A DNA stretch of 63,160 bases, counting the filler, from Octopus bimaculoides (lineage: Eukaryota), in the NCBI RefSeq assembly GCF_001194135.2. It is 5 parts of 5 records of this genome, joined end to end, with 100 filler letters (N's around TTAATTAATTAA, not from the genome) between each part and the next. Parts side by side here need not be neighbours in the genome. Positions count along the whole stretch, not along the records: positions 1 to 23,705 come from NC_069000.1; 4 more parts are not named here. One strand, written 5' to 3'. A model generated the notes under the pieces. That model made no database searches, was not told where the DNA came from, and saw nothing but the letters and a program-made list of their open reading frames with translations. Both the position numbers and the translations under genes were made by a program. Below, in pieces: positions 1 through 13,429 of this stretch (position 1 is the stretch's first letter; each line of letters begins with the position of its first letter).

Positions 1-124
1 ATACATGTATATAGAGAGAGAGGGGGAGAGGGAAGAAAGAAGAAGATGGTTTGGAAGGGAGGGAGGGATGGAGGTATGTAGGTCTTCTGGTGCAGAAGTG
101 AGGCAGAGCTCTGTCGGAATTTTT

Positions 125-229
125 GGTATAAGAGAAGAGACTACTGGTATAAGAGTAGAGATTACCTTGATAAGAGAAGAGATTACCGGTATAAAAGAAG
201 AGACTTCCGGTATGAGAGAAGGGATTTTC
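125..229. repeat. 21-bp tandem minisatellite, 5 units
   Basis: Units ggtataagagaagagactact / ggtataagagtagagattacc / ttgataagagaagagattacc / ggtataaaagaagagacttcc / ggtatgagagaagggattttc. Confidence 0.85.
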
Positions 230-408
230 AGTATTGGTGGTAGGGGTAGGAAAGGGTGGGTGCATCACAAACAAAAAAATGGAAGAAATGGCTAGCTTTG
301 CCACAAGAAAATCGAAATAGTAGCAAAAGGCAATAGTGAAGCAAAGAATGATAGAAACCCCAGACAATTATGTCAGGTATTTAAAGAGGTAATACACGCA
401 CATGCATA

Positions 409-448
<40 letters not shown>

Positions 449-699
449 GGTGAAACTGACACAGGCTATGAAGAACAATGCCTGTAAGAAAATGTAGAGA
501 GAAATGAAAGAGGGGATACAAATGTAAATGCTTTGCAAGAAACTGTGCTTCACTATAGGGGTCAAGACATGGTTTACACTATTAAGAAGCTTATGTTTCA
601 GGGTTTGGTCCTGCTGTGTGGTACCATGAGAAAGTGTTTTACTATATCCTATGGTTGACCAATATCTTGCGAGTGGAATTTAGCAGATGGAAGCAGTTC

Positions 700-1035
700 A
701 TATACTGATACTACTTCCATGAATTAGGCCTTTGACCAACATTCTTACATCAACATGCACACAACTAACAAAGGAACTCCTATGTAGTCGCATGACCTGT
801 TAAAAATAGCAGCCACATCACTCTTAAGTCACACCCCACAGTCTTAAAGATGAGAGACCTTGGACAGCCATACAACTTTCTAAAAATAGCAGTCAAAACT
901 CCCTTAAATCACACCTTACTGTTGGGTAACGTGGTTCTAAACATATGTGCAAAAACTAAAACAGGCTGGTCATGGCTGGAATGCTTATGATTATATGTAT
1001 TCTTGATTGGGAGTAAGCTAGGGCAAAAACAACAA
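700..1035 (+). repeat. Unclassified interspersed repeat with aaatagcagcc core and CAA-rich tail
   Basis: The aaatagcagc(c)aaa ... ggtcatggctggaatgc segment recurs at about 7030-7210 (+), 7940-8160 (-), 11430-11760 (+) and 36170-36425 (+). Confidence 0.55.
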
Positions 1036-1640
1036 CAAAAGTAACATACATAAAATTTGACAAACAATGAAATACTCTGTATATACTTATATGAGACACA
1101 AAGCCTTGTTGATTATACCCCTTAACCTAGTTCAGGCCTTCAATATTAAAAGAAATACATTAAAAAGAATTAAAGACAGATAATGGATAACCCTTCATTA
1201 TCAAGAAAAGCTGCTCTCAAATTATATTTCCTCCGAATCTTACGAGGAAGTAAAGTAAAATAACACAAAAATAAAAAAAAGAAAAAGACAAAGGAGTGAT
1301 GATAGTTATGTTGATCTGATGTGGTGTGGTGATAGTAATGGTTATATTTGTGTGTAAGGTGGCAGTTTGGTGTAGTGGGGGAAGGGATTTTGCTTAGAGC
1401 AAGAAATTACATAGCAGCTTGTTTCATCCAGAAACTGATAATCTTTTGTTGTTAGCTATTATTATCGTTGTTATTATTATCATCAATATTATTATTAATA
1501 GTATTGTTATTATTATTAATAGTAGTAGTAATAATAGTAACGGCAGTGGTGGTAATAGTAGTGGTGGTGGTGGTGGCAGTGGTAGTAGATTGGCAGAATT
1601 TATCATCACCATCATCATCAGCAACAGTAGCATCATTTAA

Positions 1641-1863
1641 CCCTTTTGATACCAACCCGCCTTGAAACTGCCTCTGGCTCTGCTGTACAAATGTCTTGTT
1701 TTCAAAAGTTCTGAATCAAAATCTTCCACCAAACCTTAGTCACAATTTATGTTCCTAACACTAATTGAATGATAACTAAGTTATTTTACTAAATTCTTTG
1801 TTATATTGAAAACCAATTGAAAGAAATATACAGCATCTCAACAAAAATATTGTAACAAAAGGG
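1641..1863. mobile_element. piggyBac-like MITE (223 bp)
   Basis: TTAA on both flanks (1637-1640, 1864-1867); terminal inverted repeats CCCTTTTGATAC / GTAACAAAAGGG match at 11 of 12 positions. Confidence 0.75.
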
Positions 1864-1871
1864 TTAATGTC

Positions 1872-1992
1872 TGTTTTCCATGCTGGCATGGGTTGGATGG
1901 TTTAACCAGTGCTGGCAAGCAGGAGAGCTGCACCAGGTTTCTGTCCGATTTTGGCCTGATTTCTATAGCTGGATGTCCCTTCCTAACACCCA
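1872..1992 (-). mobile_element. Decayed copy of the RTE-associated 3' tail repeat
   Basis: ttccatgctggcatgggttggat ... ccttcctaacaccaa is the reverse complement of the 17285-17455 tail; related copies at about 8350-8460 and 60356-60505. Confidence 0.65.
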
Positions 1993-2433
1993 ATATTGTT
2001 ATGGTATATTTGGATATGGCCTTTTTCTTTCTGAGTTAAAATCCCACACAGGCTAGTTTTGGTTTTCATCCTTTTGAAGTTGATTAAAAATAAAGTTTTG
2101 TAAAGTACTGGAATACTTGCACCCATCAAAATTACTGGCCTCGTGTTTAGATTGAAAGCAATTATTTATTGGCAAACAAGAAACATTACAGCATCAGAAA
2201 AAATGCTTTGCAGTTGTACTGACCCCTGGTGGTCAAGCAGGAAAGCAAAATGAAAAAGGGATCTAACGAGAGTAATCTCCCTTGAAATTCTTGGATATTC
2301 TAGAAGCTTTCAATTAACTTCCGGATGATGTGGAAGCCAGGGACTTCCAGTTCATCCCTTATATAAAGCGAAAGCAATTCTAATTTCGCACTCCTTTTGC
2401 CTGCTGGTTCCTAGGCATACGCATTAAGCCACA

Positions 2434-2489
<56 letters not shown>

Positions 2490-2744
2490 ATTCGCCTCAT
2501 TTACTTTGAGACATGTGGTTGCAAAGTATGTTCATGTAATATGTTGCAAGCCTTTTCTTTCAAATCATTCTTATATGTTAACGCATTACATTCCAGTAAT
2601 AAATATGTTATGACTTACTATGAAAGTCTCACAAGTTCTTTTCTTGTCATTTTACGTACAAGATGGTGACCCCTCTTTCTCGCATGCAATTGTAAAATTG
2701 TAGGTTGTCACATACTGACATCACTACACAGTATTTGTTCTGGC

Positions 2745-3320
2745 TCAGTATATTCTCAGTTCAAACCACACTGAAGTCAACTTTGCCTTTCATCCTTCGA
2801 GGGCTGATAAAATAAAGAACCAGTGAAATACTGGGGTTCACCTAATCAATTAACCCCTTCTCCTTAATTGCTGGCCTTATGTCTAAAATTTGAAGCATTG
2901 CAGAATTGAACTGGTAGAATTAGTAGAGCATTGGTGAAAATCCCTTGGAGCACTTGTTTAGGCACTTTAAATTCTGAGATCAACTCTGCATTTCATCCTT
3001 CCAGGGTCAATAAAATAAAATATCAGTCAAAAACTGTGAGTGATTTAATTGACTAAACCCTTCCCCCTCCCCCAAATTTCAGGCCTTGTACCTATCTAAA
3101 AATGGATTTTATTATGAGTAGTAGAAATAAAGGCAATGAGTTGGCAGAATCATTAGCATGCCAGGCAAAAGGTTTAGCAGCATTTTGCCCATTTTTATGT
3201 TCTGAGTTCAAATTCTGCTGTGGTTGACTTTGCCTTTAATCCTTTTGGGGTTGACAAAATGAGCACCAGTCACGCACTGAGGTTGATGAAATTGACTAGC
3301 CCCCTCCACTAAAATTTCAG
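2745..3320 (+). mobile_element. Three head-to-tail decayed copies of tRNA-derived SINE family 1
   Basis: Each carries a gagttcaaa-type B-box followed by actttgcctttcatcc...ggggt...aaaat, matching the better-preserved copy at 62070-62295. Confidence 0.7.
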
Positions 3321-3323
3321 GTG

Positions 3324-3457
3324 CAAAATGCCAGAGAAACTGCACCAGTTCTCAATGCCATTCTGATATAAGCATCAAAATTGTCCCTTGTTCTCCTTAC
3401 AGTCCAGAACTTGTTCCCAGTGACATTTAGTTGTTTGCCAAACTGAAGATGAAGGAG
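3324..3457 (+). pseudogene. mariner transposase C-terminal remnant
   Basis: 3374-3457 translates IKIVPCSPYSPELVPSDI*LFAKLKMKE, matching the HPPYSPDLAPSDFxLFxxLK motif; upstream QNARET resembles DNARPH. Confidence 0.6.
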
Positions 3458-3724
3458 GTAGGGACAAGGGTCTCAGGCACCTTCCCTATGGAGGAGCTCC
3501 ATGGAGCCTTCATGAACCTGAAATTATGAGTAGCAGCAGTATGGTGGATGGCAGCAACTGTAGGGTGCTGGATGTGTTTTGGTATTTAGTATGTATTAAG
3601 TAATGTGATTTACTAGTTATGTCTCCTTTTATGTTCCAAGTTCAACTGTTGCTGAGGCAGATTTTACTTTACATCTTCCAGTGTCAATAGAACAAGCACC
3701 AGTTAGCATTGAGTTACAAGGTGC

Positions 3725-6270
3725 ATTCCAACCGTGGTGGAAAAGGGGAATTTCTGAAGATATAAACTCCTTGAACAGTGTAGTGTCAGTACTTGTCAAG
3801 AAAAGAAATGGAGAGCTTAAGAATGAATGGAAATTTGAAAAAGTTAGGAAGAAGTATGGTGTAGATATAAAAGGCCTGAATGTTGTAATTGAAGAACTGA
3901 AGCAGCGCAAACATGCAAAAAAAGCAAAGCTAACTAGATTTGAACAATGGATTAATCAATATCGGCAAAACAAGTTGTTTAGAACCGACTAAAAAAAGAT
4001 TTCACCAAGAGATTAATGATGATAAAAAACATGAGAGTCCCTGATGCTGATGAAGGTCGACATTTTTGGGACCTTATGGTGTACAGGGATTTTGGATAAA
4101 AAAGTTCAGTAGTTGCTATAAATTGACCGCAGAACAATTTAATGCATTGACCAATTTGAAGATGAGATCCTGGGTTGGTTGACAAAAGGACGAACGGTGT
4201 TGTGCCTGAAAGATGCATCAAAGGGAAATGTTGCTGACAATTACAGACCAATTTCCTGCCTCCCATTAATGTGGAAGTTACTATCAGAAGGAATTGCGGA
4301 AGAACTGTATAAATTTCTTGATGAGAACGATATATTACTGATGGAACAAAAAAGGCAGTAGGAGATGCAGAGGTACCAAAGATCAACTATTGATAGACAA
4401 AATAGTAATGCAAGATTCTAAACGAAGGAGAATAAATCTGGGAATGGCTTCGATTGACTATTGCAAAGCTTATGATATGATTCCACATTCTGTTTGGAAT
4501 TGCGAGGAATGTAACGTGTTTTCTGAAGAGAAGTATGGTGGGATGGAAAACTGAACTGACATATATTACGGAAAAAGCTTGGGCACCCTGGGTATCAAAA
4601 GAGTGATTTTCCAGTGTGACAGCCTATCTCTGTTGCTTTTCATTCTCTGCATGAAACCCCTGACCTTGGTAAGGAAAATGAACCTGGGGTGCCAACTAAA
4701 GGCAAAATCCCAAACAATCAACCACCTCCTCTTCAAGGATAATTTGGAACTGTATGGCAAAGACAAGACACAATTGAACTCCTTGGAGAACACAGTCCAC
4801 TGTTTTAGTACTGATATTAGAATGGAATTTGGACTCAAGAAGTGCAGAATAATCTACCTAAAAAGAGGCAAGGTACAGTCCCTAGCAGCGATAGAATTAA
4901 CGAATAGAGACCTGATTAAGTAAACTGAAATGGAAGGATACAAATACCATGGTGTACTAGAGTTCAATGAGATAATGGAAAAGGAAATGAAAGAGCAACT
5001 GAGGATGGAGTATTTCTGAAGACTGAGGTTGGTGCTGCACTCAAAATTGACTGGATGGAATAAAATCCAAGTAGTTAACACCTGGGCGATAGCATCACTC
5101 CGGTATGGAGCGGGAATTATAAAACCAGGAAAATGCTGACAGTACACAGAGCCTTCCACCCTAAGAGAGACACCGATAGACTGTACTTGTCCAGAAGAAA
5201 GGGTGGGAGAGGTTTGATCAGTTGCCAGGACTATATTGAAGCAGACGAAAACAGCCTAGGGTAGGATATAAAAAATGCCATGGAGTCACTGTCGAAACAT
5301 AAAGAAGGCTGGCGTCATCAAAACTAAAAATTGATTAACTAAAGAAAAATTAAAACATGAAATGAACAAGAAAAAAAGGAAAAGCATGGTAGGAAAAAAA
5401 AAAGTACAGTCAGTTTGCAAGAGATGTGAATGCCAAGACAGATAAGAGGACTGGTGGTTATAGATGAGGAGGAGTGACCTGAAGATAGAGACAGAAGCAC
5501 CCACATGCGCAGCTCAGGAACAAGCAATAAGGACCAATTATATGAAGTGCAGAATAGACAACACAACCGATAGCGACAAAGGCTGAATGTGTGGTGTGAG
5601 GGGTGAAACAGTAGGCACATCGTTAGCGAATGCCCGAAATTGGCACAATGAAATACAAATGACGCCATGACAATGTGGCAAGAAGGATCCATTGGGAACT
5701 CTGTGGAAATCATGGCCTACAAAGAGCAAAGACGTGGTACGAACAAACTCCAGAAGGAGTCATTGAAAATGAGAACTGCAAAATCCTGTGGGATGTAATG
5801 ATCTAATGCAATCACCTGACCAGACATAGGAAACTGGACATTGTTGTGGTGAATAAAAAGAACAAACATGTATGATTATCAACATAGCATGCCCCTGTGA
5901 CAACAGGATCAATATGAAAGAAGAAGAAAAAAATAAACAACTATGACGATTTGAAGTGGGAAATACGAAGATTGTGGTCGATGAGGAGAGTAGACATGAT
6001 ACCAATAGTAATTGATGCACTTGGAAGTATCCGCACTCAACTACCAACATGGTTGAAAAAGATCGGTGCAAGTGTGAAGATAGAATACCTACAAAAATCA
6101 GCATTGCTTGGAACTGCAAGAATTCTTTGCAGGGTTCTTGAAGCATGACCAGTAAACAAGTCTCACCTTAGTCTGCTGGCTGTGGACAGCTGACACTTTC
6201 CATCATACCCAGCAAAATAAGCTGTGAGTTTTCATACAACAACTATAATAATAATAATAATAATAATAAC
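3725..6270 (+). mobile_element. R4/Dong-clade non-LTR retrotransposon (RT plus C-terminal restriction-like endonuclease), 5'-truncated and frameshifted
   Basis: RT motifs [62 protein letters not shown]; CCHC knuckle region; RKLDIVV..IACPCD endonuclease region; C-end LQKSALLGTARILCRVLEA* (6148); 3' UTR ends in (TAA)8 at 6246-6269. Confidence 0.9.
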
Positions 6271-9105
6271 AACTAGCGAATGAATAAATGAGTTTTTCTA
6301 TTGCAAAATATACAGCAAAATGAGAGAAAACAAGTATGAGTGAATAAGAAAGCCTGAAAGAAATCCAAGAGAAAATGAAAGAACAAGAAAGAATGAGTGA
6401 TGGAGAATGAGAGGTGGGAGGGGAGATAGAGACCATATGAGAAAAGAGAGAGGACCACAGAGTTCAGATGAAGTGGGGAGGTGAAGTGAGAGGGTCATAT
6501 GAGTGTTTGTGTGTGTATAGGTATGCTTGTACAGCAGTGTACATGTATGTTGTGAGAGGATAAGAGAGAGGTGAATTGTTCTGTGAGGTGAAGAAGAGAA
6601 TTGTAGTGCAAAATAAGATAATTGCAGATTTGGGGGTGTTATTTTGTCATCTTTAGGTATTCATGGCAGGTTGTAAAATTATAGTGAAGAATGAAGAGAA
6701 AGGGAAGTGATCAATGAGAGGAGGAGGGAAGTAAAAAGAAGACTTTACATCACCCTTCTACACATTGCCACCACCAATATCACCATCCCAGGAGGAGTTG
6801 ATTATTGTGTGTATGGAAGGGGGGGGGACTATTGTTTGTTGTCTTTTATATTCATATTAGGAAGGCGGGTAACCTCCTCATCCAATGTAGTTAGGATGGT
6901 TTCAAGCAGTAGAAGGGAAGCTGAACTAGAGGAAGAGGGTGGAGAAAGAAGGGAGGGAGAATGATATAAGATTGGGAAAAACTCTCTCATCCCAGATTAT
7001 TTGTTGCTATATTACTTCAAAGGGTACCACATAACTGTAGAAAGAGCCAAGGTTTTCAATGAAAGGCCTTCTACATGGTCACTCGATCTGCTAGATATAG
7101 CAGCCAAATCATTTAAATTGTTAGAATTAGCAGTCAATTTTCCCTGAAATCACATGTTACCATCTCAGAAAAGGATAAGTTGGATGATGGGATCCTGTGT
7201 TCGCTGCACACAATTGGACCTTTAGCATTTAAACCAGTCATATCTGGCCCAAATATTCTACCTGTTTTATGTTCATCCAGCCTCTCACACCTACCCTATA
7301 ATGTCATTCTAAAACTAAACAACCATTTCATTGAAATCTCAGTTATAAGATAAGCCATGATTAATTTTAAATAACAGGAATAAACAAGCTTTGCATTTGA
7401 CAGAATAATCTGAATGCAAAAGACAGTTAACATAATCTTCAGAATGTAAAGTTTCAAGAGCAACAATAACCATCACCACTACCATTTTTATGAAAGTGTT
7501 ATGCGACATTTTGTTTTTACTCACATGATGACAATGTGAAGGCATGTAACAACAGTCACACACACACACACATTTATAATATCATAAATATATTTCTACA
7601 CTGCAACACAATCTCTGTAATGCTCTAGAGAGCCAATGACATCACCCAAGCAACCCTCTTCAACAAATGCTTGCTGTTGTGATTGGTTTTGGACAGTTCC
7701 CACTAAGAGATGTATAGGATGATTGCCCAACCACTGTTTTACAGTAACAGCTCACAGATGATGTGGTCTTCCATACTAATATTGGTCTTTCTATACTACT
7801 GCAGTGTCTCAAGCTAATGTTTGATCAGGGCAGAACCAATTACGACAGTTCGTTCAACACTGTTCAATGGCTGGTGTATAAGTTTCTACTTATATTTTTC
7901 TTACAGCTGATCCAGCCATCTGGTATTGATTGAGCAAATCTATGACCAAAAACATTCCAGCCATGACCATACAGCCTTCATTCTCCCCTTTCGGTTCTAT
8001 ATTATTTAATGTGTCTTTTCTTTAATTTTAAGACAATAAAGTATGATTTCCAGAGACATAGACATTATTTCTAGCAAGCTGGATGGTTATGCAGAAGCCT
8101 GTCTTGCTCTCCCATGTTGTTTTTGTTGTTTAACCTGAGGTCAGATCCTGATTGATCAACCATATTCTATGATCATCCTATCTTTACAGGGAACCAGTTC
8201 CTCATTATCCCTTGTGTCATTTACTAACACAGTAGGAAGTGAATTAGAGAAGAAATGGCTATCTTTTCAAGTAGATTACACACCTATATGGAAGGTTCCT
8301 CAATAGTTCATCTCACCTGTGTTTATGTGAAGGTGTTCACTCAAAAGTTCATTAATCTTCATTTTAACATCCAATTTTCCAGGCTTGCATGAGTTGGATG
8401 GAATACTTGAGGTAGGTTTTCTATGGCCAGATGCTCTTCCTGTTGCCAACCCTCATCTGTTACTAAGTAAGATGTTTCACCATGGCCAGACATATTTTCA
8501 AGATTAGAAAGCAAGGGCATCAGCTGTGTGATAGTAATGCGCTTTTAGAACTACCATGCAATGTCAAGACAAGAAGACAGTGACACATATACACACTTCC
8601 ATGTGCACACACACACATTTACACTTTACATACACAACATCCAGTTTTTATCAACAAAATCCGCTCACATGGCTTTGGTCAGCATGGATCTACATTTGAA
8701 GAGATTTTACCCTAGGTACCAAGCAGTGGGACTGAAACCAAAATAACGTCGTTTGGAAGCAACTTCTTAACTACACAGCCATGCCTGCATCTACAAACTG
8801 AACATCATTGTTTTTAATTTCTTCAAGTTATCTCTTCTCCTTCGATAGATTCACAAACATTTGGTGCAAGGGCTTAGTTTCCTCATTAGTTGTTACGGCT
8901 GTTGCCATCAGAACACAAACAACTGGAACAGATTCAATAAGACAGCTTATCCAATGCTCTACCAATTCTGTCACCCCACTATCTGTGACTAGTACTTTAT
9001 TAATCAACTCTGAACAAATGAAATCAAAAATGATTGCAGTAAAATTTGAACTCAGAGCACAGAGATCTGAAGCAAAGGAGTCCATTTAGCAGTCCAACAA
9101 TTATA

Positions 9106-9484
9106 CATGGTGGGCCAAAAGTCATGCACAAAGTAAGTTCAATACACTCCAAAATTGTCAAACACATGGTCCAATTTTTCTAAAATTGAATAAAATAAAT
9201 AAAATAATGATGGATACATCTGTACTTGTACATGATGAATAATAATAATAATAGCTTCATATTTTGGCACAAAGCTAGTAAGTTTAAGGGAGAGGCTAAG
9301 TCAATTACATTGGCCCCAGTGCTTAACTGGTACTTATTTTACTGACCCTGAAGGGACAAAAGGTAAAGTTGACTTCGGCAGAATTTGAACTTGGAATGTT
9401 GAGATAGACAGAATGCCAAAAATGAATAATAAAAATAATGTAATACATATATAAAATATCAATGTGACTTTTGGCCCACCCCAC
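9106..9484. mobile_element. Tc1/mariner-type MITE interrupted by a minus-strand SINE family 1 copy (about 9240-9425)
   Basis: Perfect 16-bp inverted repeat GGTGGGCCAAAAGTCA (9109-9124) / TGACTTTTGGCCCACC (9465-9480); TA-rich flanks. Confidence 0.7.
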
Positions 9485-12000
9485 ATATATATATATATAT
9501 ATTCTTTTATTCTTTTGTCTGTTTCAGTAATTTTGACTGTGGCCATGCTGGAGCACTGCTTTTATATATCTATATATATATTCATACATATACATACATA
9601 TACATACATACATATATGTGTGTGTGTGTGTAAAAGTGGCGTAGTGACAACCAATCTTCCAATGAAAGCAAGGAAACAGATATCACAAAGCATTTCATCT
9701 GACACTCCACCCCTTTGGATTGGAGCTTTATTTACTGACCCTAAAATGAATGGAAAGTAAAGATGACCTTGGTGGAATTTGAACTAAGAGAACAGAAAAT
9801 CAGAACAAATATTGTATAGCATTCTCTGTGACGACTTAATGACTGCCAATTTACCATATTTTTACATCTACACCACACACACACACATGCATGCACACAC
9901 ACACATACACAAGTTATTAAGAGCAATAAATTTAGATAATGTTGTCCCTTTGGATTTGTTAACGGGGGGGGGGGGGAAATATTCAACCAAACCCAAACAC
10001 ATATACATACACGTGCCTAAGCACATACATACACACACGCACACAGAAACATACACATGTGCAAACACTAGTTGAGTAGGATGATATCCTTTCATATTTG
10101 TCTCTTTTCATCATCATGCAATAACACTAAAGAGAAGGGAGGATGGTAACTGAGGTACAGATTAAAGGGGTGGAGAATGCAAGAACATTCACCAGTTTAT
10201 CTTTCTCTTCTTCTTTCTCATTACCTATTGCTCTTTTTTTCCCCCCTTTCAGTCTTCTCCTCTTATCATCATTTCAATCTCTCCTTCATTCTCTCTCTTT
10301 CTAGTTAGAAGACTATGCTAAACCTTTAATAAATATATAATATTGCTCAAACAACCTTATAAAACTTGTTTTCTTTCTTTGCTGATAACTTCTCAAACTT
10401 AGCAAATCTCAGTTCTAGCTCTCCCCTACTCCCACCTTCTGCCTCACTCTCCCCCCTTTCTCTCTCTCACACATATAATCCCCACCCCAGCCCTTTCATT
10501 TATCTTTATTCTATCGCTTTTTTTCCTGCCTTCACTCCATAACAGCTGTCTAACACTTGCAACTTTTCAAATCAACACCAACATCAACACCACAAGTTAT
10601 CATCATCATCATCACCGCCACCACCATCAACATCATCATTGTCGTTTCATATTCACAACCACCTCCACTAACATCAACATCATCGTCGTCTTTACTTTGC
10701 AATGGCACCATTCCACCTCTACAATCATCACTGTAACTATCACTATCATGAACACCATCGACAGCATCTACACCAAACAGTATTGCTACCAGTAGTGCCA
10801 CCACAAGCTAACATCCTCATCAATTTCACCTACTATCACAACCAACTTCAACCCCACTAACATCAACACTCACCACCACCACCAACACCAACACCAACAC
10901 CACCGCCACTTCTATCACCACACCATAGTAGCTTGTGATCTTACACTACATTTCTCTGATGCTAATCAAAGAAGCTCATGTGGTCTAATGATAATGACAC
11001 CACCCACTCCATTCCCTCCCTCCATCCTTCTCTGCCTATAAAGCCTCTTCCTTCCTCTCCCACCTCCAGGTTAGGATTGCTGGGTGGAGTGGGATGAGAG
11101 TGTAAGGATGAATGTAGTAGAAGTGAATGGCAGTAGCAGCGGCACCAACAGCAGCAATACAACTGGTTAACTGAATAGCATTGCAGGATTGGGGTAGAGT
11201 GCGGGTGGGGGTAGGTAGGNNNNNNNNNNAATATGTGAGAACTTGAAAAGAAAACAGATGAGGAAGGTGGAATATGTGTGCGCGTGCACACACACACACA
11301 TACTCACATACAAATAAACACAAACATACACATATGAACTCAGTTATCATCTTTCTTTTCTTCCTTGCCGCCATCTGACACGATTTAGAAGTATAGGCCA
11401 GCAAGGGATCTGGGATGGTGCATGTGGGGGTCACTCAGCCAACTAAAAATAGCAACCAAATGTCTTTCAAATCATACTCTACTAGACTTCAGATAGGAGA
11501 AATATATTAAGCAATGAAATACCAGGTGGCCACAAAGACAGAGTGGACATGACTGGAATGCCTGTCATCGCATACCTGCACAAAGTTGAACCAGAGCAAA
11601 ACTAACTATGGTGGGGGGAGAGGGGCTCTAGCAGTTGTTTAAACTGTTAGAAATAACAGCCAAATGTCCTTTAAATGAAACACAACTATCTTAAATAAAA
11701 AAAAGAAAACAAAAAAGCTAGCTCACTTTGGACAATGTAGATGAGAGGGCATGGCTTTGAATCACAGCTACCTTCATCAAACAGTTACCTTCATCATAGT
11801 GGGATAGCAGCAACAATTCAAGGTAAAATTAAAATTTGACAAACAAACAAATATATAACCCTTTGGAAATGGAGCCTCATTTGGAGTTTCAGTGCCAAGA
11901 AGATGGAGCCCTTTTTACAAGCCCTACAGAAGGCATGCACTTATTTTTCAAAAAAAATAATAAAAAAATAAAGTAATTACTTTACATATATAAAACTATA

Positions 12001-13233
12001 TATTGGGTCGAGTCATAAATAATTTCCATTTTTTGGAAGTAAATTGTAACAATGCATTTCGAACTTCAGATGTTTAAAATTGAAATGGAAACTACTGTTT
12101 TTAAAAGAGCTTCATCTGTCATTCATATTAAACAGTGAAAGCATGCATGTCATAGTTTAATATTAAAGTGCATATTCAACATGTGATGTGGGAGTTTAAG
12201 AATGGAAAAAATATCACAGAAACAGCTAAGAAAATATGCAGTGTTTATGACCAAGGTGTCATTAATGACCAACAAGTGCGAAATTGGTTTTCAAAGTTTT
12301 GTTCCAGAGATTTGTCACTGAGAAATTTACTCACACCAGAATGTTCATCAGACTTTGATCAAAATGCTTTAAGAGAATTAGTAGAATTCAATCCTCATAA
12401 AAGTACTTGGGAATTAGCAATTGACCTTAACACATCCCAATCCACCATCTGCCATCACATCACAAAAGTCATCTAGCCGGGTGTTTCAGTTCTCCATACT
12501 GTTAGTGAGAAGAATAGGGAAGATCACATGTCCATAGCAACAAGCCTTCTTTCAAGGCAGAGAAATGACTTGTCACTCAATAATATCATTACGGGTGATG
12601 AAAAATGGATCTTTTATGACAATGTTCAACACAAAAGGTAGTGGACTAACAAGAATAAAACTCCACAACCAACATCAAAGGCTGAGCTCCATGGAAGGAA
12701 AGTTATGTTGCATGTATGGTGGAATCATCGCAGTAGTATTCATTTTGAGTTTTTAGATTGTAATCAAACACTAAATGTTGACTATATTCTCAACAATTGC
12801 AATGTGGGCATGAAAATCTTTTATGAAAACACCCTGCATTCACCAATAAGAGAAATGTTGTGCTTCTCCATGAGCACATTCAGTAAGAAGCACTCAGGAT
12901 GAAATATTGGATTTGGACTGGTCTGTTCTACCCTATCTACTATATTCACTAGCCCTTGCACCAACTGATTTCCATCTTTTTGGCTCTCTACAAAATGTTC
13001 TGATGGGGAAAACATTTTCTCAAGAAGATCAGGTGAAAATGTATGTGAAAAGCATCTTCATGTCAAAGCCAGCTGAATTTTACTCAAGAGGAATCAAAAA
13101 CCTACCAAATAAATGGCAAGAGATCATTCAAAATAACGAACTGTACTGATAATTGAAAATAATTCTTTCTAAAAATTTTTCATGAGTAAAGACTTTCGAC
13201 AAAATTGGAAATTATTTATGACTCAACCCAATA
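12001..13233 (+). mobile_element. Full-length mariner DNA transposon, inactive
   Basis: 33-bp TIRs tattgggtcgagtcataaataatttccattttt / aaaattggaaattatttatgactcaacccaata (2 mismatches); TA on both flanks; about 1.23 kb. Confidence 0.92.
12168..13149 (+). pseudogene. mariner transposase pseudogene
   Basis: HTH region VRNWFSKF; IITGDEKWIFYDN; KVMLHVWWN; YSLALAPTDFHLFGSLQN; DNARPH motif deleted; several stops and frameshifts. Confidence 0.88.
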
Positions 13234-13429
13234 TATTCTTGTGGGAAATTGAATGAACTAATACAATCTTCTTTGTCATTCAACATTTTGGTCTATAGAT
13301 TGGCTCAGTCGTCTCCTAAGGGTTAAACACTCATTAATATAAATGTAAAGCAATCAGAATCAATGGTAATTAGTAAGAAGTAATAATCACAAAAAATAAT
13401 TACTGCAACTGAGGGGATGGTAAACTGAA

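Larger units (their letters stand above)
11859..13322. mobile_element. piggyBac-like MITE (about 231 bp when rejoined) split by the mariner insertion
   Basis: Left end ATAA|CCCTTTGGAAAT; right end GTCTCCTAAGGG|TTAA (9/12 inverted match); the rejoined size resembles the 1641-1863 MITE. Confidence 0.5.

Noticed and set aside
8317-8400. Strong minus donor CAG|GTGAGA with an open upstream frame
   Set aside because: The upstream frame is the reverse-complemented RTE-tail repeat and has no credible acceptor.
11340-11380. YY1-like GCCGCCATCTG reading MAARKKRK on the minus strand
   Set aside because: An isolated short motif that runs into a microsatellite with no donor site.
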